Below are positions 28,855 to 38,650 of a DNA stretch of 62,638 bases, piece by piece. Made by a program: the position numbers and the translations under genes. The DNA lies in assembly GCA_965649205.1 (NCBI GenBank), contig CBFGJV010000010.1:23764-86401 (forward strand). The letters run 5' to 3'. Numbering within the stretch: the first letter of the stretch is position 1; every line of letters begins with the position of its first letter. This stretch comes from a candidate division WOR-3 bacterium. Lineage in GTDB: Bacteria > Hydrothermota > Tepidihabitantia > Tepidihabitantales > Tepidihabitantaceae. The notes under the pieces were generated by a model that was given only the letters and a program-made list of their open reading frames with translations, did not search any database and was not told the origin of the DNA.

Positions 28855-31217
28855 CGTACCAGCAACACCCGTACCGGCGCAGAAGCAAGAGACTGGGCCG
28901 ACAAAGAAGTAGAAGCAGGTTCAAAGCGCAAGAAGTATATGCCTGGTGGCGCTGCACCACCGTCCCAAACTACACTTCCCGCACTAAGACAACGAATCTC
29001 CGTAACCATCTGGCCTACAGATGAGTAAACAACAAGCCTGCCGGCTTCCGATATCGGCAGCTTAAGCGGACGACTTGGCGTACACACAATACTGGTAGGC
29101 ACCATGCTCTTGCCGACGAACTCCGCCGCATTGTCATCTTCTGCAACTCCGCCCAGGCCGGCTATGCTCCCGCGTACGGCCAAAGCATACGTTTGTTTCG
29201 CCGTGAAAACATTTCGCGCCTTCACCCGTATTGTCCAAGTTCCTACCAATGGCCGTTTCAATACACACACTTCCACAGTATTGTGGCTATCCGGGGACTG
29301 GGGATTAGGACGCGACTCGCCACCTGCGAAACGATTTCCCATGTAGCTATTCTGGTCTGGGCTGAGCAATTCCAGGTTCAAGTCGTTGACAATGGCCGGC
29401 ATAGCCTCGGGAGCACCAGCGGTATCAGTCCACACGAGAACCACACGCAAGGGACTTTGTTCCGTAACTTGTATGGAATACTCACGATACTCACCGGTAG
29501 CCAGACCAGTTTCCTCATCCACGAATGTCAAACTGATCGAATCTCCCGGAAAATATAAGATGTTCCTCAAGTTCAGCCGTCCCCATCCTACAGAGTAGTT
29601 GGGAATCGTCTCTGCCCCTACGTTAGAATCAGCCGAAACAATGGCCAGAGCTCGCATCAGACTGCTAGAAGGTGAGGGAATAGAATTGGACGAGTCAGGA
29701 CGCCCGGAAGGATACCACCCCTCCTTCAGATACTGCCGCAGCAAGAGAAGCGCACCATTCGCAGCGGGCGCAGAAAAGCTGGTGCCGTCACGGGCTGAGT
29801 AAGCAGAAGGCGAAGGTCCATAAGCGGTGGTGATAGCCTGCCCAGGTGCTACGAGGTCAGGCTTGATACGCCAATCTCGTGTCGGCCCGCGAGAAGAAAA
29901 GGCCGAAACCAGATTGCTGTTAGTGCCGTTGCCGCAAGAACCGAGGGTTAGCGCATTCTTGGCGCAGGAGGGATGCCCCAATCGGTACATGCCCATGCCA
30001 CCGTTTCCTGCTGCCCAGATCATAAGAAAATCCTTGTCCTTCCAGGCCACCGCATCCAGAGTCGCCTCTTGCAACCGGTAGTAACCAAGACGTGCCTCAC
30101 TGCCAACAGAACCCGACATTTGCCGTACTGGTTCGCTCAGTCCCTCAGCCAGCCGAATTGAATCCAGCACTTCAGTCAGGTCTTCGCCAAACACATAGGT
30201 GCCCCACGCAGACCCTACATCCAGAAGGAATATCCTTGCCTTGGGGGCCATGCCGTCACACTTACTGAAGTTACCACACAGAGAATCGTCGCCTGCCAGG
30301 GTTGCAGCCACCGCGGACCCGTGATATGTGCTGAAATCACCAAAGCCGGCATTGCGATACAACTTATACGCAACAATCTTGCGATGCTGCGGAAATACGC
30401 CCGGACCGTTCAAAGTCACAGTGGGATCTCGGAACATATCGTGACCAGTGTTTATACCGGCATCTAGCAATCCTGCTATCATACCCTGCCCCCGGATATT
30501 ACGGACCCAGGCTGGTCTCCCCAGAATCGTGTCGGGTATTTGGGCACGCCACCCAGACTGTAACACCCACTGTGCCTCTGCATTAAAAGAACATACCGAA
30601 TCCTGCATCTGCACCCAGGACACTTCGTCTCGATTTGCGACATTCCTTAGAGAACTCCACGGCAGACGACACCACAACGTACCAGACGTTTGCTCGCAGA
30701 CATCTCCCGCTGCCGCCAGCACCGTTTCCATTACCTGCCGCGGAGTTTCGCCTGGCCACAGGCATACTACGACCTTAATCGGATTGGATTGGACCGACGA
30801 ATCATCAAAAAACTCCACAATTTCAGGGGCCAATTTGTATTCGGCACGAAACGGTCCGAGCCAACGAACAAAAGGAAGCTGCGAGACGAATCTGGCAGGT
30901 ACCGTTCGAACCGCACGCAGAACCAGATTCTGGTAGGCAAAGTAACTAACAGGCTCAAGCCCAGTTCTACGCAAAATTACCAACCACTCCTGTCTCACCG
31001 GTTCGGTCAAATTGACCAACCAGTATGTTCCTGGGCTCAGACATGAATCAGGACAAAACCCGTGTTCCGTACTAATATCGAGGTGAAGACCGTTTGCAAA
31101 ACGGATTACCTCCGAGGACCCGTATGGAGGCGGCGCAAACCAACCCACAGAATTGGTGTGGCCTATTCCTGGTCCGACATAACAGAAACTCAGACAGACC
31201 CAGAAAAACATCACCAT
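28851..31217 (-). CDS. Secreted S8 subtilisin-like serine protease (KP-43-like) with C-terminal sorting-type domain
   Basis: Catalytic D (LLDAG), H (YHGSAVA) and S (GTSFSAP), oxyanion AAGN, LVWTD...VNDLNL, and tail VYSSVGQ...WDG...PGIYF. Confidence 0.9.
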   Translation of the reverse strand: MVMFFWVCLSFCYVGPGIGHTNSVGWFAPPPYGSSEVIRFANGLHLDISTEHGFCPDSCLSPGTYWLVNLTEPVRQEWLVILRRTGLEPVSYFAYQNLVLRAVRTVPARFVSQLPFVRWLGPFRAEYKLAPEIVEFFDDSSVQSNPIKVVVCLWPGETPRQVMETVLAAAGDVCEQTSGTLWCRLPWSSLRNVANRDEVSWVQMQDSVCSFNAEAQWVLQSGWRAQIPDTILGRPAWVRNIRGQGMIAGLLDAGINTGHDMFRDPTVTLNGPGVFPQHRKIVAYKLYRNAGFGDFSTYHGSAVAATLAGDDSLCGNFSKCDGMAPKARIFLLDVGSAWGTYVFGEDLTEVLDSIRLAEGLSEPVRQMSGSVGSEARLGYYRLQEATLDAVAWKDKDFLMIWAAGNGGMGMYRLGHPSCAKNALTLGSCGNGTNSNLVSAFSSRGPTRDWRIKPDLVAPGQAITTAYGPSPSAYSARDGTSFSAPAANGALLLLRQYLKEGWYPSGRPDSSNSIPSPSSSLMRALAIVSADSNVGAETIPNYSVGWGRLNLRNILYFPGDSISLTFVDEETGLATGEYREYSIQVTEQSPLRVVLVWTDTAGAPEAMPAIVNDLNLELLSPDQNSYMGNRFAGGESRPNPQSPDSHNTVEVCVLKRPLVGTWTIRVKARNVFTAKQTYALAVRGSIAGLGGVAEDDNAAEFVGKSMVPTSIVCTPSRPLKLPISEAGRLVVYSSVGQMVTEIRCLSAGSVVWDGGAAPPGIYFLRFEPASTSLSAQSLASAPVRVLLVR

Positions 31218-31289
31218 CAGAACGTTTTTGCGCCTGCGTTACACTGTCACCTTTCCGGTGACAGCTCGGCCTACATGCAGGGCGATTCC

Positions 31290-32360
31290 CTACAGTTTGA
31301 GTATATCAACAATGGCGGATGTAACTTCCTGCATATCAGCCATCGTCAAATCACCCATATGCGCAATGCGGAAAGTCTTTTCTTTCAAATCGCCATAGCC
31401 ATTGGAAATCTGCATTCCCCTTTCTCCCAAGGCCGAATTTAGGTCTTTGACACTGATACCGCGGGTATTCGTAACAGTGGTGAGCGTCACAGACTCGTAA
31501 CCGGCTTCTGGAAAAACCGCAAAGTACTTCCTTGCCCACTCGCGAGTAAACCGGGCCATTTCCAAATGCCGACGATAACGATTCTGCATGCCTTCGCGCA
31601 ATATGTGATCCAACTCCAAATCCAACGCCCAACACAAAGATATCGCAGGAGTAGTGGGAGTCTGACGGTCTTTTTCGTAACGCTTCAGCATCGCGTCGTA
31701 ATCGAAATAGTAACCACGGTCTGGAACAGTACGGCACTTGTCCAGAGCTCGCTGGGACACAATCGCCACGGCCAGCCCAGGGGGCAGAGCTACTGCCTTC
31801 TGGGAAGAAGCGACCACTATATCCAGCCCCAAGGCATCAATATCAAACCAGTCCCCCATCAGCGACGATACAGCATCGACCAGAATCAGAATGTCCGGAT
31901 ATTTATCCTTCATCATGGCGGCAATTTCCTCAATAGGATTTCTGACGCCAGTAGAAGTCTCATTCTGGGTCACGGCCAGTGCCATATATCCACCCTTAGC
32001 CAGTTCCTTGTCAATCATTTCTGGCTTTATCGCCTTTCCCCATTCCACCGAAAGCGCCACCGCATCCTTACCGCAAGCCTTAGCTATCCTAAACCATCGA
32101 TCTGAAAAAGCTCCGTTTACCGTATGCAGTATCTTGCCAGTTACGACATTACGAATTGCTCCCTCCATCGTGCCGGTTCCTGACGAAGTAAACCACATTA
32201 CGTAGTTTTTCGTACCCAGTATTTCTTTGGTTTTCTCAACCACTCGGGCATTCAGATCTCCGAACTCCTTGGTGCGGTGACCAATCATCCACCTAGCCTG
32301 TGCCTTCAGTACCTCCTCACGAACCTCAGTCGGTCCGGGAACAAAAAGCTTCTTATGCAT
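31290..32360 (-). CDS. Class V PLP aminotransferase (alanine-glyoxylate/serine-pyruvate family)
   Basis: LFVPGPT, NETSTGV, VDAVSS, SSQKAVALPPG, FRIAHMG; SD GGAGG. Confidence 0.92.
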   Translation of the reverse strand: MHKKLFVPGPTEVREEVLKAQARWMIGHRTKEFGDLNARVVEKTKEILGTKNYVMWFTSSGTGTMEGAIRNVVTGKILHTVNGAFSDRWFRIAKACGKDAVALSVEWGKAIKPEMIDKELAKGGYMALAVTQNETSTGVRNPIEEIAAMMKDKYPDILILVDAVSSLMGDWFDIDALGLDIVVASSQKAVALPPGLAVAIVSQRALDKCRTVPDRGYYFDYDAMLKRYEKDRQTPTTPAISLCWALDLELDHILREGMQNRYRRHLEMARFTREWARKYFAVFPEAGYESVTLTTVTNTRGISVKDLNSALGERGMQISNGYGDLKEKTFRIAHMGDLTMADMQEVTSAIVDILKL

Positions 32361-32384
32361 TAGATAACCTCCCTGGATATTGAA

Positions 32385-32780
32385 CTATTTGCCTATTACT
32401 GTTACGTGTACCTCACGCCTACGAGGACCGTCAAACTCGCAAAAAAATATACCTTGCCACTGTCCCAGCAAAAGTCGGCCTTGTTCAACCGGCACGTGGA
32501 CGCTGGCTCCTACAAGCATAGCCTTGATATGCGCATCGGCATTGCCTTCTGTATGGTCGTATCTTGCGTCAGCAGGCGCCAGGCGCGTTAGACAAGCCAG
32601 CAAATCACGAGCAACACTCGGGTCATAGTTTTCGTTTATCGTGACGGCGGCCGTCGTATGCGGAACATAAACTACGCACAAACCTGAGGCAATGCCGCTG
32701 GCCGCAACAATAAATTGAACGCGGCCAGTGATGTCAAACATCCCATAGTGCGAATCTGTATCCAAGACAAACGACGTCAT
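32385..32780 (-). CDS. yjbQ: YjbQ/UPF0047 family protein
   Basis: PHTTAAVTINE, EGNADAHIK and LGQWQGIFFCEFDGPR. Confidence 0.92.
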   Translation of the reverse strand: MTSFVLDTDSHYGMFDITGRVQFIVAASGIASGLCVVYVPHTTAAVTINENYDPSVARDLLACLTRLAPADARYDHTEGNADAHIKAMLVGASVHVPVEQGRLLLGQWQGIFFCEFDGPRRREVHVTVIGK

Positions 32781-32789
32781 GGTGAAGCC

Positions 32790-32817
32790 ATCTTAGCAAT
32801 GGACGACACATTGTCAA
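32790..32817 (-). promoter_or_regulatory. Sigma70-type promoter for yjbQ-aminotransferase
   Basis: TTGACA-N16-TAAGAT, 9 nt before the ATG. Confidence 0.6.
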
Positions 32818-32914
32818 ACAAAGGTGTTTGTCAAGCGCCAGACTCCACTGCCCTGTCTGCTCCCTACTACTATGCCGATACTCCAGTCGTTGCAGGACGT
32901 GACGAAACGTTGAG

Positions 32915-33277
32915 CTACACCAACAGATTCTCCAGTCTCATCACCGACCAGATGGGTGGAGCAGCAATACACTCCTTGGGAGTAAGTTCAGCCGGGCAGT
33001 CGGGGGCGGGAAGATTCTTGTAGGGAACAGGTGGGATGCTCACATCGGGCAACTGCAGCCCCGGACAGCGCGCATCCTCAACAAAGCCAACCACCTTTCC
33101 CATGCGGTCACGCACCAGACCGGAAATGAAAAAGCCCCGGTGCTGACCACGAAGGTCGTATATGGTCTGCTCTACCAGAAACCCTCGCGGCCTGCCCATG
33201 AAATCGTAGAATACATTACCGCACAAGCGTAAATGCGCTATGCCGTTTCTCCCGTATATGACTATCTCATTCTTCAT
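32915..33277 (-). CDS. Small beta-repeat protein (4-fold beta-flower-like) with Pro-rich tail
   Basis: Four [YR][DG]xxG repeats (YGRNG, YDFMG, YDLRG, RDRMG). TATATT lies 4 nt before ATG 33277. Confidence 0.6.
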   Translation of the reverse strand: MKNEIVIYGRNGIAHLRLCGNVFYDFMGRPRGFLVEQTIYDLRGQHRGFFISGLVRDRMGKVVGFVEDARCPGLQLPDVSIPPVPYKNLPAPDCPAELTPKECIAAPPIWSVMRLENLLV

Positions 33278-33566
33278 ATGCAATATACCCTGTACGGGGC
33301 CAACTTCGTCGGTTTAACACTTACTGCCTAATCTACTCGGCAGAAAAACTGCAAGCGAAGCAAATAATTATTATCATGGACTCCTTTCTGTCAACTAATG
33401 CGTACCAGAAGGAATGAAGAACTGTCGGACAGGAAGAACTTACCTGCAGGCCTCTCAACCCCCTTTGACACCTACCGAAGCAGAAATGTGTCTTATAACG
33501 AATGAATCCTGTTGTGCGGCAATAACTTACACACAACCGTTGTGCAATCTCTGGTGGGTACATCCG

Positions 33567-33594
33567 TTGACAGCCGTTCTGGTTTCTGTAATTT
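33567..33594 (+). promoter_or_regulatory. Sigma70-type promoter, probable leaderless potassium-uptake operon transcript
   Basis: TTGACA-N16-TAATTT, 7 nt before ATG 33602. Confidence 0.6.
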
Positions 33595-33601
33595 TGACCC
33601 A

Positions 33602-35377
33602 ATGCGCATGCTGAGTCGGGTTCGCGTAATAAGGACCCAGAGACGAACTCCAGCCTGGACCAACAAGCTTCAGTTCGTGCTAAACCTTACTCTTCTACTG
33701 TCGCTTAGCATAACGTTAGTACGATCAGCGTACGGCCTCACCTTCCCCTTACCAATTGCCCTGCTGACCCGGCTGTTAGAATATCTAGTCCTACTGTTGT
33801 TCTGTGCGGACATGTTGGCTGGCATTATCTTAGCACCTTCTCTATCCCTACACTTGAGGCAAAACTGGCTCGACCTTGTTGTAGCGGTATTTCTGCTTCT
33901 ACTGGTCCTGTCTCGCATATTGTTTCCTAGCGTTACCCTGCTTACCATATGGCAAGGCGTTGTCCTAGTCGCCGCACGACAAGTAGTATTACTCACCCGC
34001 GGGTTCGCGCGCTCTCAACGTCTCGCCAACGCTCTGGAGAAACTACGACATCAACCCGTACGACTTCTTGCCCTTAGTTTCATAGCCCTAATCGCAATCG
34101 GAACCGTGTTTCTAACTTTTCCTACCTCTACTTCCGACGGTCGAGGCGCCAATTTCCTCGACGCGCTATTCACCGCGACTTCTGCGGTATGTGTAACCGG
34201 TCTAACGGTAAAAGACACTTCTCTCTACTATTCCCTTTCCGGTCAGCTTGTCATTCTAGCTCTTATCCAACTTGGAGCACTTGGCATAATGACCTTCTAC
34301 GCCAGCCTGGCTGCTCTCTTTGGTCGCAAACTGGGCCCCGTCCAACGCAGAAGCGTAGCCGACGTAGTCGAAGAAACGCGAGATATAGACCTCATTCGTA
34401 CTCTCCGATACATCCTATTATTCACTATATTAGCTGAAACAACCGGCACCGCTTTTCTGTTCTTGCGCTGGTTACCGGATTTCACCGATCCCCTTAAAGC
34501 TCTTTACGTAGCAGGATTTCACGCCGTATCCGCCTTCTGCAATGCTGGCTTTTCAGTTTTCCCGCGTTCGCTGGAAAACTATCGAACAGACCTATTGGTG
34601 TGTTTGCCCATAATGCTGCTCATCATCGCTGGCGGGCTTGGATTTTCGGTAGTCCACGAGCTTCTGAATCGCGAGAACCTGCGCCGTGGCCCAATTTTTG
34701 CTTTGCGCCGCTTGACTGTGCACGCCCGGCTGGTACTCTGGACATCTGGGATTCTAATTATATTCGGAACCATTTTCTTCTTCTTCGTGGAATACGACAA
34801 TGCGCTGAATGAGCTTCCTATAGGTGGTAAGCTGCTGGCAGCGCTCTTTCAAGCTGTGACACCTAGAACCGCAGGTTTTAACACAGTGCCATTCTCTTAT
34901 CTAAAGCCCGCCACGATTCTACTCTGGTCAGCACTTATGTTCATAGGTGCTTCACCAGGAGGAACTGGTGGAGGAGTAAAAACCTCAACCGTTGCCGTAC
35001 TTTTCCTCACCGTACGAGACCGCATTTTGGGACGAGAAGACATTGAGGTAAATCACCGTACCATTCCCAGAGACATTGTCTACAAAGCCAGTGCTATCGT
35101 TGCTGTCTCAACGGGAATCGTCATATTCTTCATGACGATACTTTTGCTGACGCAATCTGCATCCTTCCAAGAAGTACTTTTCGAAACGCTATCGGCGTTT
35201 GGCACGGTCGGACTTTCCACCGGCCTAACCCCTAAACTCACCGCAGTCGGTAAAGTAGCCATCATAGTTCTGATGTACGTTGGAAGACTGGGGCCATTGA
35301 CTCTCGCCTTGGCCATGCGCAAACAACAATCACGCCCCCCCTTCAGCTACCCGACCGCACGCGTGATGGTAGGCTAA
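33602..35377 (+). CDS. KtrB/TrkH-family potassium uptake membrane subunit with an extra N-terminal membrane domain
   Basis: Four pore loops (SAVCVTGL, SAFCNAGF, TPRTAGF, SAFGTVGLS), GASPGGTGGGVK and MYVGRLGPLT. Start moved to ATG 33602. Confidence 0.92.
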   Translation: MRMLSRVRVIRTQRRTPAWTNKLQFVLNLTLLLSLSITLVRSAYGLTFPLPIALLTRLLEYLVLLLFCADMLAGIILAPSLSLHLRQNWLDLVVAVFLLLLVLSRILFPSVTLLTIWQGVVLVAARQVVLLTRGFARSQRLANALEKLRHQPVRLLALSFIALIAIGTVFLTFPTSTSDGRGANFLDALFTATSAVCVTGLTVKDTSLYYSLSGQLVILALIQLGALGIMTFYASLAALFGRKLGPVQRRSVADVVEETRDIDLIRTLRYILLFTILAETTGTAFLFLRWLPDFTDPLKALYVAGFHAVSAFCNAGFSVFPRSLENYRTDLLVCLPIMLLIIAGGLGFSVVHELLNRENLRRGPIFALRRLTVHARLVLWTSGILIIFGTIFFFFVEYDNALNELPIGGKLLAALFQAVTPRTAGFNTVPFSYLKPATILLWSALMFIGASPGGTGGGVKTSTVAVLFLTVRDRILGREDIEVNHRTIPRDIVYKASAIVAVSTGIVIFFMTILLLTQSASFQEVLFETLSAFGTVGLSTGLTPKLTAVGKVAIIVLMYVGRLGPLTLALAMRKQQSRPPFSYPTARVMVG

Positions 35378-35388
35378 AGGAGGTAGTT

Positions 35389-36078
35389 ATGAAGCAATTC
35401 GCCGTTATCGGCCTAGGTGCATTCGGGTCCCGCGTTGCGCTCACCCTAATGGCCAAAGGGTCGGAAGTGATAGGCATAGATGTAGATCGCACACGCGTCG
35501 AACAGTTCAAGGATGACTTGACCCAGACACTCTGCTTTGATGCTACCAACGAAGAAGCATTGGCCCGTTCCGGTGCACTTGACGTTGACGCAGTCGTCGT
35601 CGCCATGGGCGAAAGAATGGAAGCTGCCATATTGTGCACCGCTATCCTCAAACGACTTGGTGCAGGTTACATAGTAGCACGAGCCGCCTCCAGACTCTAC
35701 GCGCAGATTCTCAGCGCTGTGGGAGCGGATCGCACCGTTCTCATAGAAGAACAAATGGCGGATCAAGTAGCTAAAACCCTCATCGCCCCTGACCTCCTCG
35801 AACAGATAAAACTAAGCTCCGGGCACAGCATGGTGGAGATGAAACCCCGACGAGATATGATAGGACGCAAGCTATCAGAACTAGACCTCCGTCGCCGCTA
35901 CAAAGTTACCGTAATCGCTATCAAGAAACGCGTGTTAACTGTAACCAAAGAAGGCGCTAACGCTTTTGAGGAAGTAATTAACGACCTACCAGGGCCTGAT
36001 GACCGGCTGGAGCAAGATGACACACTAGTTGTTGTCGGCACAGATGAAGATATAGAACGGCTCACAACAGGAAAATAA
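35389..36078 (+). CDS. KtrA/TrkA-family RCK regulatory subunit
   Basis: FAVIGLGAFG Rossmann motif and RCK C-terminal domain; SD AAGGAGG. Confidence 0.93.
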   Translation: MKQFAVIGLGAFGSRVALTLMAKGSEVIGIDVDRTRVEQFKDDLTQTLCFDATNEEALARSGALDVDAVVVAMGERMEAAILCTAILKRLGAGYIVARAASRLYAQILSAVGADRTVLIEEQMADQVAKTLIAPDLLEQIKLSSGHSMVEMKPRRDMIGRKLSELDLRRRYKVTVIAIKKRVLTVTKEGANAFEEVINDLPGPDDRLEQDDTLVVVGTDEDIERLTTGK

Positions 36079-36079
36079 A

Positions 36080-37396
36080 GTGCTATCCCTAGATAAACGT
36101 CGCAACCGCGAATCAGGCGTTTCCATTCGTACGCGCATGACCTTGGGTATGGTTACTACCGCCGCCATCCTCATCCCAGTTGTTCTTATCGCCGCCTTAT
36201 ACATCCAAGGTATGAACGAGGCGGTAAATCGTATCACCAACCAGGATATAGAGCTTCTACACACCAGCGACCGTATCTCGCTAGCCTTTCTGGACGCCCG
36301 TCGCAGTGAAAAAAGCTACCTGCTTCTGCACGACTCTAGTCACAAGGCGGAGGGACGTAACCACTTGGAACGCATACGCGAACTCTGCCACCGCGGTATG
36401 GAAATTGCACCCGAAATTTCCTCGCGGTTTGACATCATTCTCAAAGCTGTCGATGCCTATGCCCTTCTCAGCGAATCCCTCTTCCAGACAGCCGACAGAA
36501 AAAAAAGAACGTTATCACAACGCACTGCTATCCAGTACGCGCCACCCCACACATTAAACCAAGAACAATCTACTTATACGTCCGAGTATCCGGAAGCGAA
36601 CATGGAACAAGCAAGTACCTTTATCAACGAACGTATTAGCCAAACACTTATCGATAGCATTCAGTCTCTGCAGAACCTTCTTACTGTCCAGACAGATAGC
36701 ATTGTACTATTTGCGCGAGAACAAATACGTCAACATCAGAAACGGGCTCAACAACTCGCCGCCTGGGGGCAACGCAATATAATAACTGCCCTGCTAGTTG
36801 TACTCGTAATTCTGGTTTGGCTACTTGTAACCCTTCCCCGCCGCGCCGTGCTTCCCATCAAACGTATCACAAACGCGGTCCGCCGATTGGAAGAAGGAGA
36901 TTCAAACGTACAAATAACTTTAGACAGCCGGGACGAACTGTCCGAACTTGCTCGCCACCTGAACACAGCTCTGGCTAGAATACGCGAATTCGACGAGTGC
37001 AAGAAGAACCGAATTTCTATCCTAGAAAGGCAGTTTCGGCTACTTGCTCAGGACATATCCGAAGGAGTACTCATAGTAGATAAGGTGCCTAACGTGGTAA
37101 TGGCGAACGCCGCCATAGAACCTCTGCTTGGTTGTTCTGCGGCTGACGCTATCGGCAGAAGGCTACGTTCCTTTCCGAACCTGAAATTTCTCTATGAACC
37201 CCTTCAAAACGTACTGGCTGGCGTCACCGGTACTCAAACCTGCGACATACCCGCAGAGTTACCAGGATCGGCAGTGTGCATCGAAGCAATCAGGGACGGA
37301 ACTGGCACAATCATCGGCGCCTTGATCGTAGTCACAAACCCCACCTCACCAGTTTCTAACGCTGAGGAAACGCCGCCTCCGGACGCTTCGTCTTAG
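36080..37396 (+). CDS. Membrane sensor protein (helical sensor domain, HAMP, PAS) with no kinase domain
   Basis: Two TM helices, ARRSEKSYLL, HAMP (PIKRIT...GD...DELSELA...N) and PAS (EGVLIVD...ANAA), then stop. Confidence 0.75.
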   Translation: MLSLDKRRNRESGVSIRTRMTLGMVTTAAILIPVVLIAALYIQGMNEAVNRITNQDIELLHTSDRISLAFLDARRSEKSYLLLHDSSHKAEGRNHLERIRELCHRGMEIAPEISSRFDIILKAVDAYALLSESLFQTADRKKRTLSQRTAIQYAPPHTLNQEQSTYTSEYPEANMEQASTFINERISQTLIDSIQSLQNLLTVQTDSIVLFAREQIRQHQKRAQQLAAWGQRNIITALLVVLVILVWLLVTLPRRAVLPIKRITNAVRRLEEGDSNVQITLDSRDELSELARHLNTALARIREFDECKKNRISILERQFRLLAQDISEGVLIVDKVPNVVMANAAIEPLLGCSAADAIGRRLRSFPNLKFLYEPLQNVLAGVTGTQTCDIPAELPGSAVCIEAIRDGTGTIIGALIVVTNPTSPVSNAEETPPPDASS

Positions 37397-38475
37397 ATTA
37401 CTTCAAGCTCGTCTCTTCCGGGTAAACTTGGAAACTCAATGGTAGGAAGCGCCTGGTACCAGTAGGCAACCGAGGCAATATCATCCTGTAAGGGCAGATA
37501 TCTGCCACCACTGCGCCATCCTAGAGCCTGAATCGTTACCCTGATGTCCGTCTTGAATCTTACGGGGTCTACCAAATGCCAGCGATACATACCGAACCGC
37601 ATCTGTGATCGATAAACTCCGTCAGGTCTCAGCACCTGGTGCAAGCCAGAATATGGGGTGCTAAACTCCACGTACTGGTGCGTTTCTGGGTGTTCAAAGT
37701 TGTAGGAACCGCAGAAGTAGTCCTCAGTACCAGTACCACAGATAGTCGGAAAATCCTTGTCACCATCGAGATAGAATTTGACCTCTCCTTCACCCCACCA
37801 GCCGGAATTGTGCGAACCCCAAGCCAGGTATGTGCCTACGTAATGGCCCTGTCCCTTAGCCCCGTCTAAAATAGTGTGCACCTGCTTGTAGGGTAGCGGA
37901 TTGCTACGACGAAACTGAGCATGAAAGTAGGCGGCGTTCTCCGGGACTTCGGTCAGCGCATAGTTTATCTGATAGTACAAAGTCATATCCTCATCGGCTA
38001 TATTCTCAAAGGTTATGAGGCAGCGCTCTCGAAAAGGCATCGGCCAATACGAATTCAGCCCGCTTCCTGGGTTTACGCAAATTGCCAGAGAGGACAGCTG
38101 TGCGTACTTACCCCATCCACAGGCGAAAAAGTCACCAACTGGACATTCAACCGATGGGTGTTTCTGGTTGTCCCAGTAAATGCGCAGAATGCTGAACCTC
38201 CAGTTACCGGTCGGCGTCATCCAAATCTGTTGAATCAAGCCAGGCCCCTTAATATCTGCCAGCGTGAATACCTTTCCCGCAGAAATCCTCACGGAAGGCG
38301 ATATTTTCCATCCTCGACCCAAGTCTCGCGCACAGGCCTTGCCTGTACCATCTACAGCCATTCCCGCCTTACCCTTTTCGCCGGTGAAGTTCTCCGGACT
38401 TATTGAGCGAGACTCGGCATCTGACAGCAGGGCTAGACTCCCTAAACCTAAACAAAATCCATGGTCAGCTCTCAT
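37393..38475 (-). CDS. DUF2961 / GH172 family glycoside hydrolase
   Basis: RSISPENFTGEKG, SVECPVGDFF, NSYWPMPF, WWGEGEVKF, GTGTEDYF and SVAYWYQ. Confidence 0.88.
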   Translation of the reverse strand: MRADHGFCLGLGSLALLSDAESRSISPENFTGEKGKAGMAVDGTGKACARDLGRGWKISPSVRISAGKVFTLADIKGPGLIQQIWMTPTGNWRFSILRIYWDNQKHPSVECPVGDFFACGWGKYAQLSSLAICVNPGSGLNSYWPMPFRERCLITFENIADEDMTLYYQINYALTEVPENAAYFHAQFRRSNPLPYKQVHTILDGAKGQGHYVGTYLAWGSHNSGWWGEGEVKFYLDGDKDFPTICGTGTEDYFCGSYNFEHPETHQYVEFSTPYSGLHQVLRPDGVYRSQMRFGMYRWHLVDPVRFKTDIRVTIQALGWRSGGRYLPLQDDIASVAYWYQALPTIEFPSLPGRDELEVI

Positions 38476-38650
38476 TGAGTCCTCCTCTTCTCGTTTGCAA
38501 AATAATACTTACCAGACCGTTCTTCGCAACAAGGACCAGTTTACTCTCAGCATCCTGATTTGCTTATACCAGCTGTTATCGAAACACCTACGATGTGTCG
38601 TATACGCGCACGAAGCTGCCAACCTCAATACAAAAGCCGCACCTGACCCG

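Noticed and set aside
33512..33601. Upstream extension of ktrB (similar extensions for purE 49029-49094 and the ComEA fusion 62142-62168)
   Set aside because: The extensions run through the predicted promoters and show no family similarity.
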